Source of the DNA: Pirellulales bacterium
GTDB lineage: Bacteria; Planctomycetota; Planctomycetia; Pirellulales; UBA1268
Direction: 5' to 3'
Assembly (NCBI GenBank): GCA_965249545.1
Contig: CBDFMH010000005.1
Coordinates: 1,223,116 to 1,287,115, forward strand
DNA length: 64,000 nucleotides
The position numbers and the translations under genes are program-made. Position 1 is the first letter of the stretch; every line of letters begins with the position of its first letter. A model generated the notes under the pieces. It had not been told where the DNA came from, did no database searches, and saw only the letters and a list, made by a program, of their open reading frames with translations. Positions 63,734 through 64,000 of the stretch are shown one piece after another.

Positions 63734-64000
63734 TTATTTCACATTTTCAGACTTATCAGGAACGGCATGGATTGTGAGATAGGCTTTCTCAAGAAAAGAT
63801 TCACCTGCCTGATCACGGGTTTCGACCTCAAGCAGAAATTGATCACAGGGATGAATGTCTGGGACTTTCAAATGAATTGTTTTGGGGTCGATCAATGAAG
63901 CATCTGTAATATGAACTTCGTCTCGCCCTTCTTCGCCCGGGTGCAGGACCGAAAACTGATCAGAGCCGTATTTTCGGGACCACAGATAGTCCCACATCTC
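63734..64000 (-). CDS. C-terminal end of a protein whose start lies beyond the right window edge (function unknown)
   Basis: The frame is open at 64000 (the codon upstream of the track's ATG is GAG), with the stop at 63734. Only 88 residues are visible. Confidence 0.5.
   Translation of the reverse strand, partial: EMWDYLWSRKYGSDQFSVLHPGEEGRDEVHITDASLIDPKTIHLKVPDIHPCDQFLLEVETRDQAGESFLEKAYLTIHAVPDKSENVK

Noticed and set aside
1-64000. Looked for rRNA, tRNA, CRISPR arrays, transposases, integrases, phage genes, toxin-antitoxin pairs and known defence-system signatures.
   Set aside because: No ORF has transposase, integrase or recombinase motifs, no spaced direct-repeat array is visible, and no intergenic gap has tRNA-like cloverleaf potential that I could see. 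This is eye inspection only, so tRNAscan or Infernal would be decisive.

Overview
The window is a dense chromosomal segment with about 45 protein-coding genes. By eye I found no rRNA, tRNA, CRISPR array, transposase or integrase. The gene content points to a Planctomycetota genome (inference from family content only): two PSCyt/DUF1549/DUF1553 + DUF1501 pairs, a discoidin/dehydrogenase/HEAT/heme-domain giant protein, a YTV-repeat protein, and several small signal-peptide proteins. Confidently recognised housekeeping genes are lipA, argH, dinG, glgA, cphA, mlaFED, clpC, thiE, panD, lpxB, two RNA methyltransferases and an M50 protease. I see no classical mobile or defence island. Five loci deserve a second look. 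(1) A LipB-fold protein has both catalytic-dyad columns substituted. It is coupled by a TAATG overlap to an unrecognisable 1361-aa helical protein and sits directly upstream of an intact lipA. (2) A sensor-less sigma-54 activator overlaps the 3' end of an 824-aa membrane-anchored protein that carries a degenerate receiver domain. (3) A topoisomerase VI B-subunit gene has lysine-rich tails and no Top6A partner in the window. (4) A cyanophycin synthetase is divergently paired with an N-terminally extended ABC exporter and a DUF1854 protein, with no cyanophycinase nearby. (5) The function-unknown PSCyt/DUF1501 modules occur twice. All calls come from reading the translations and DNA by eye. No database search or computation was run.
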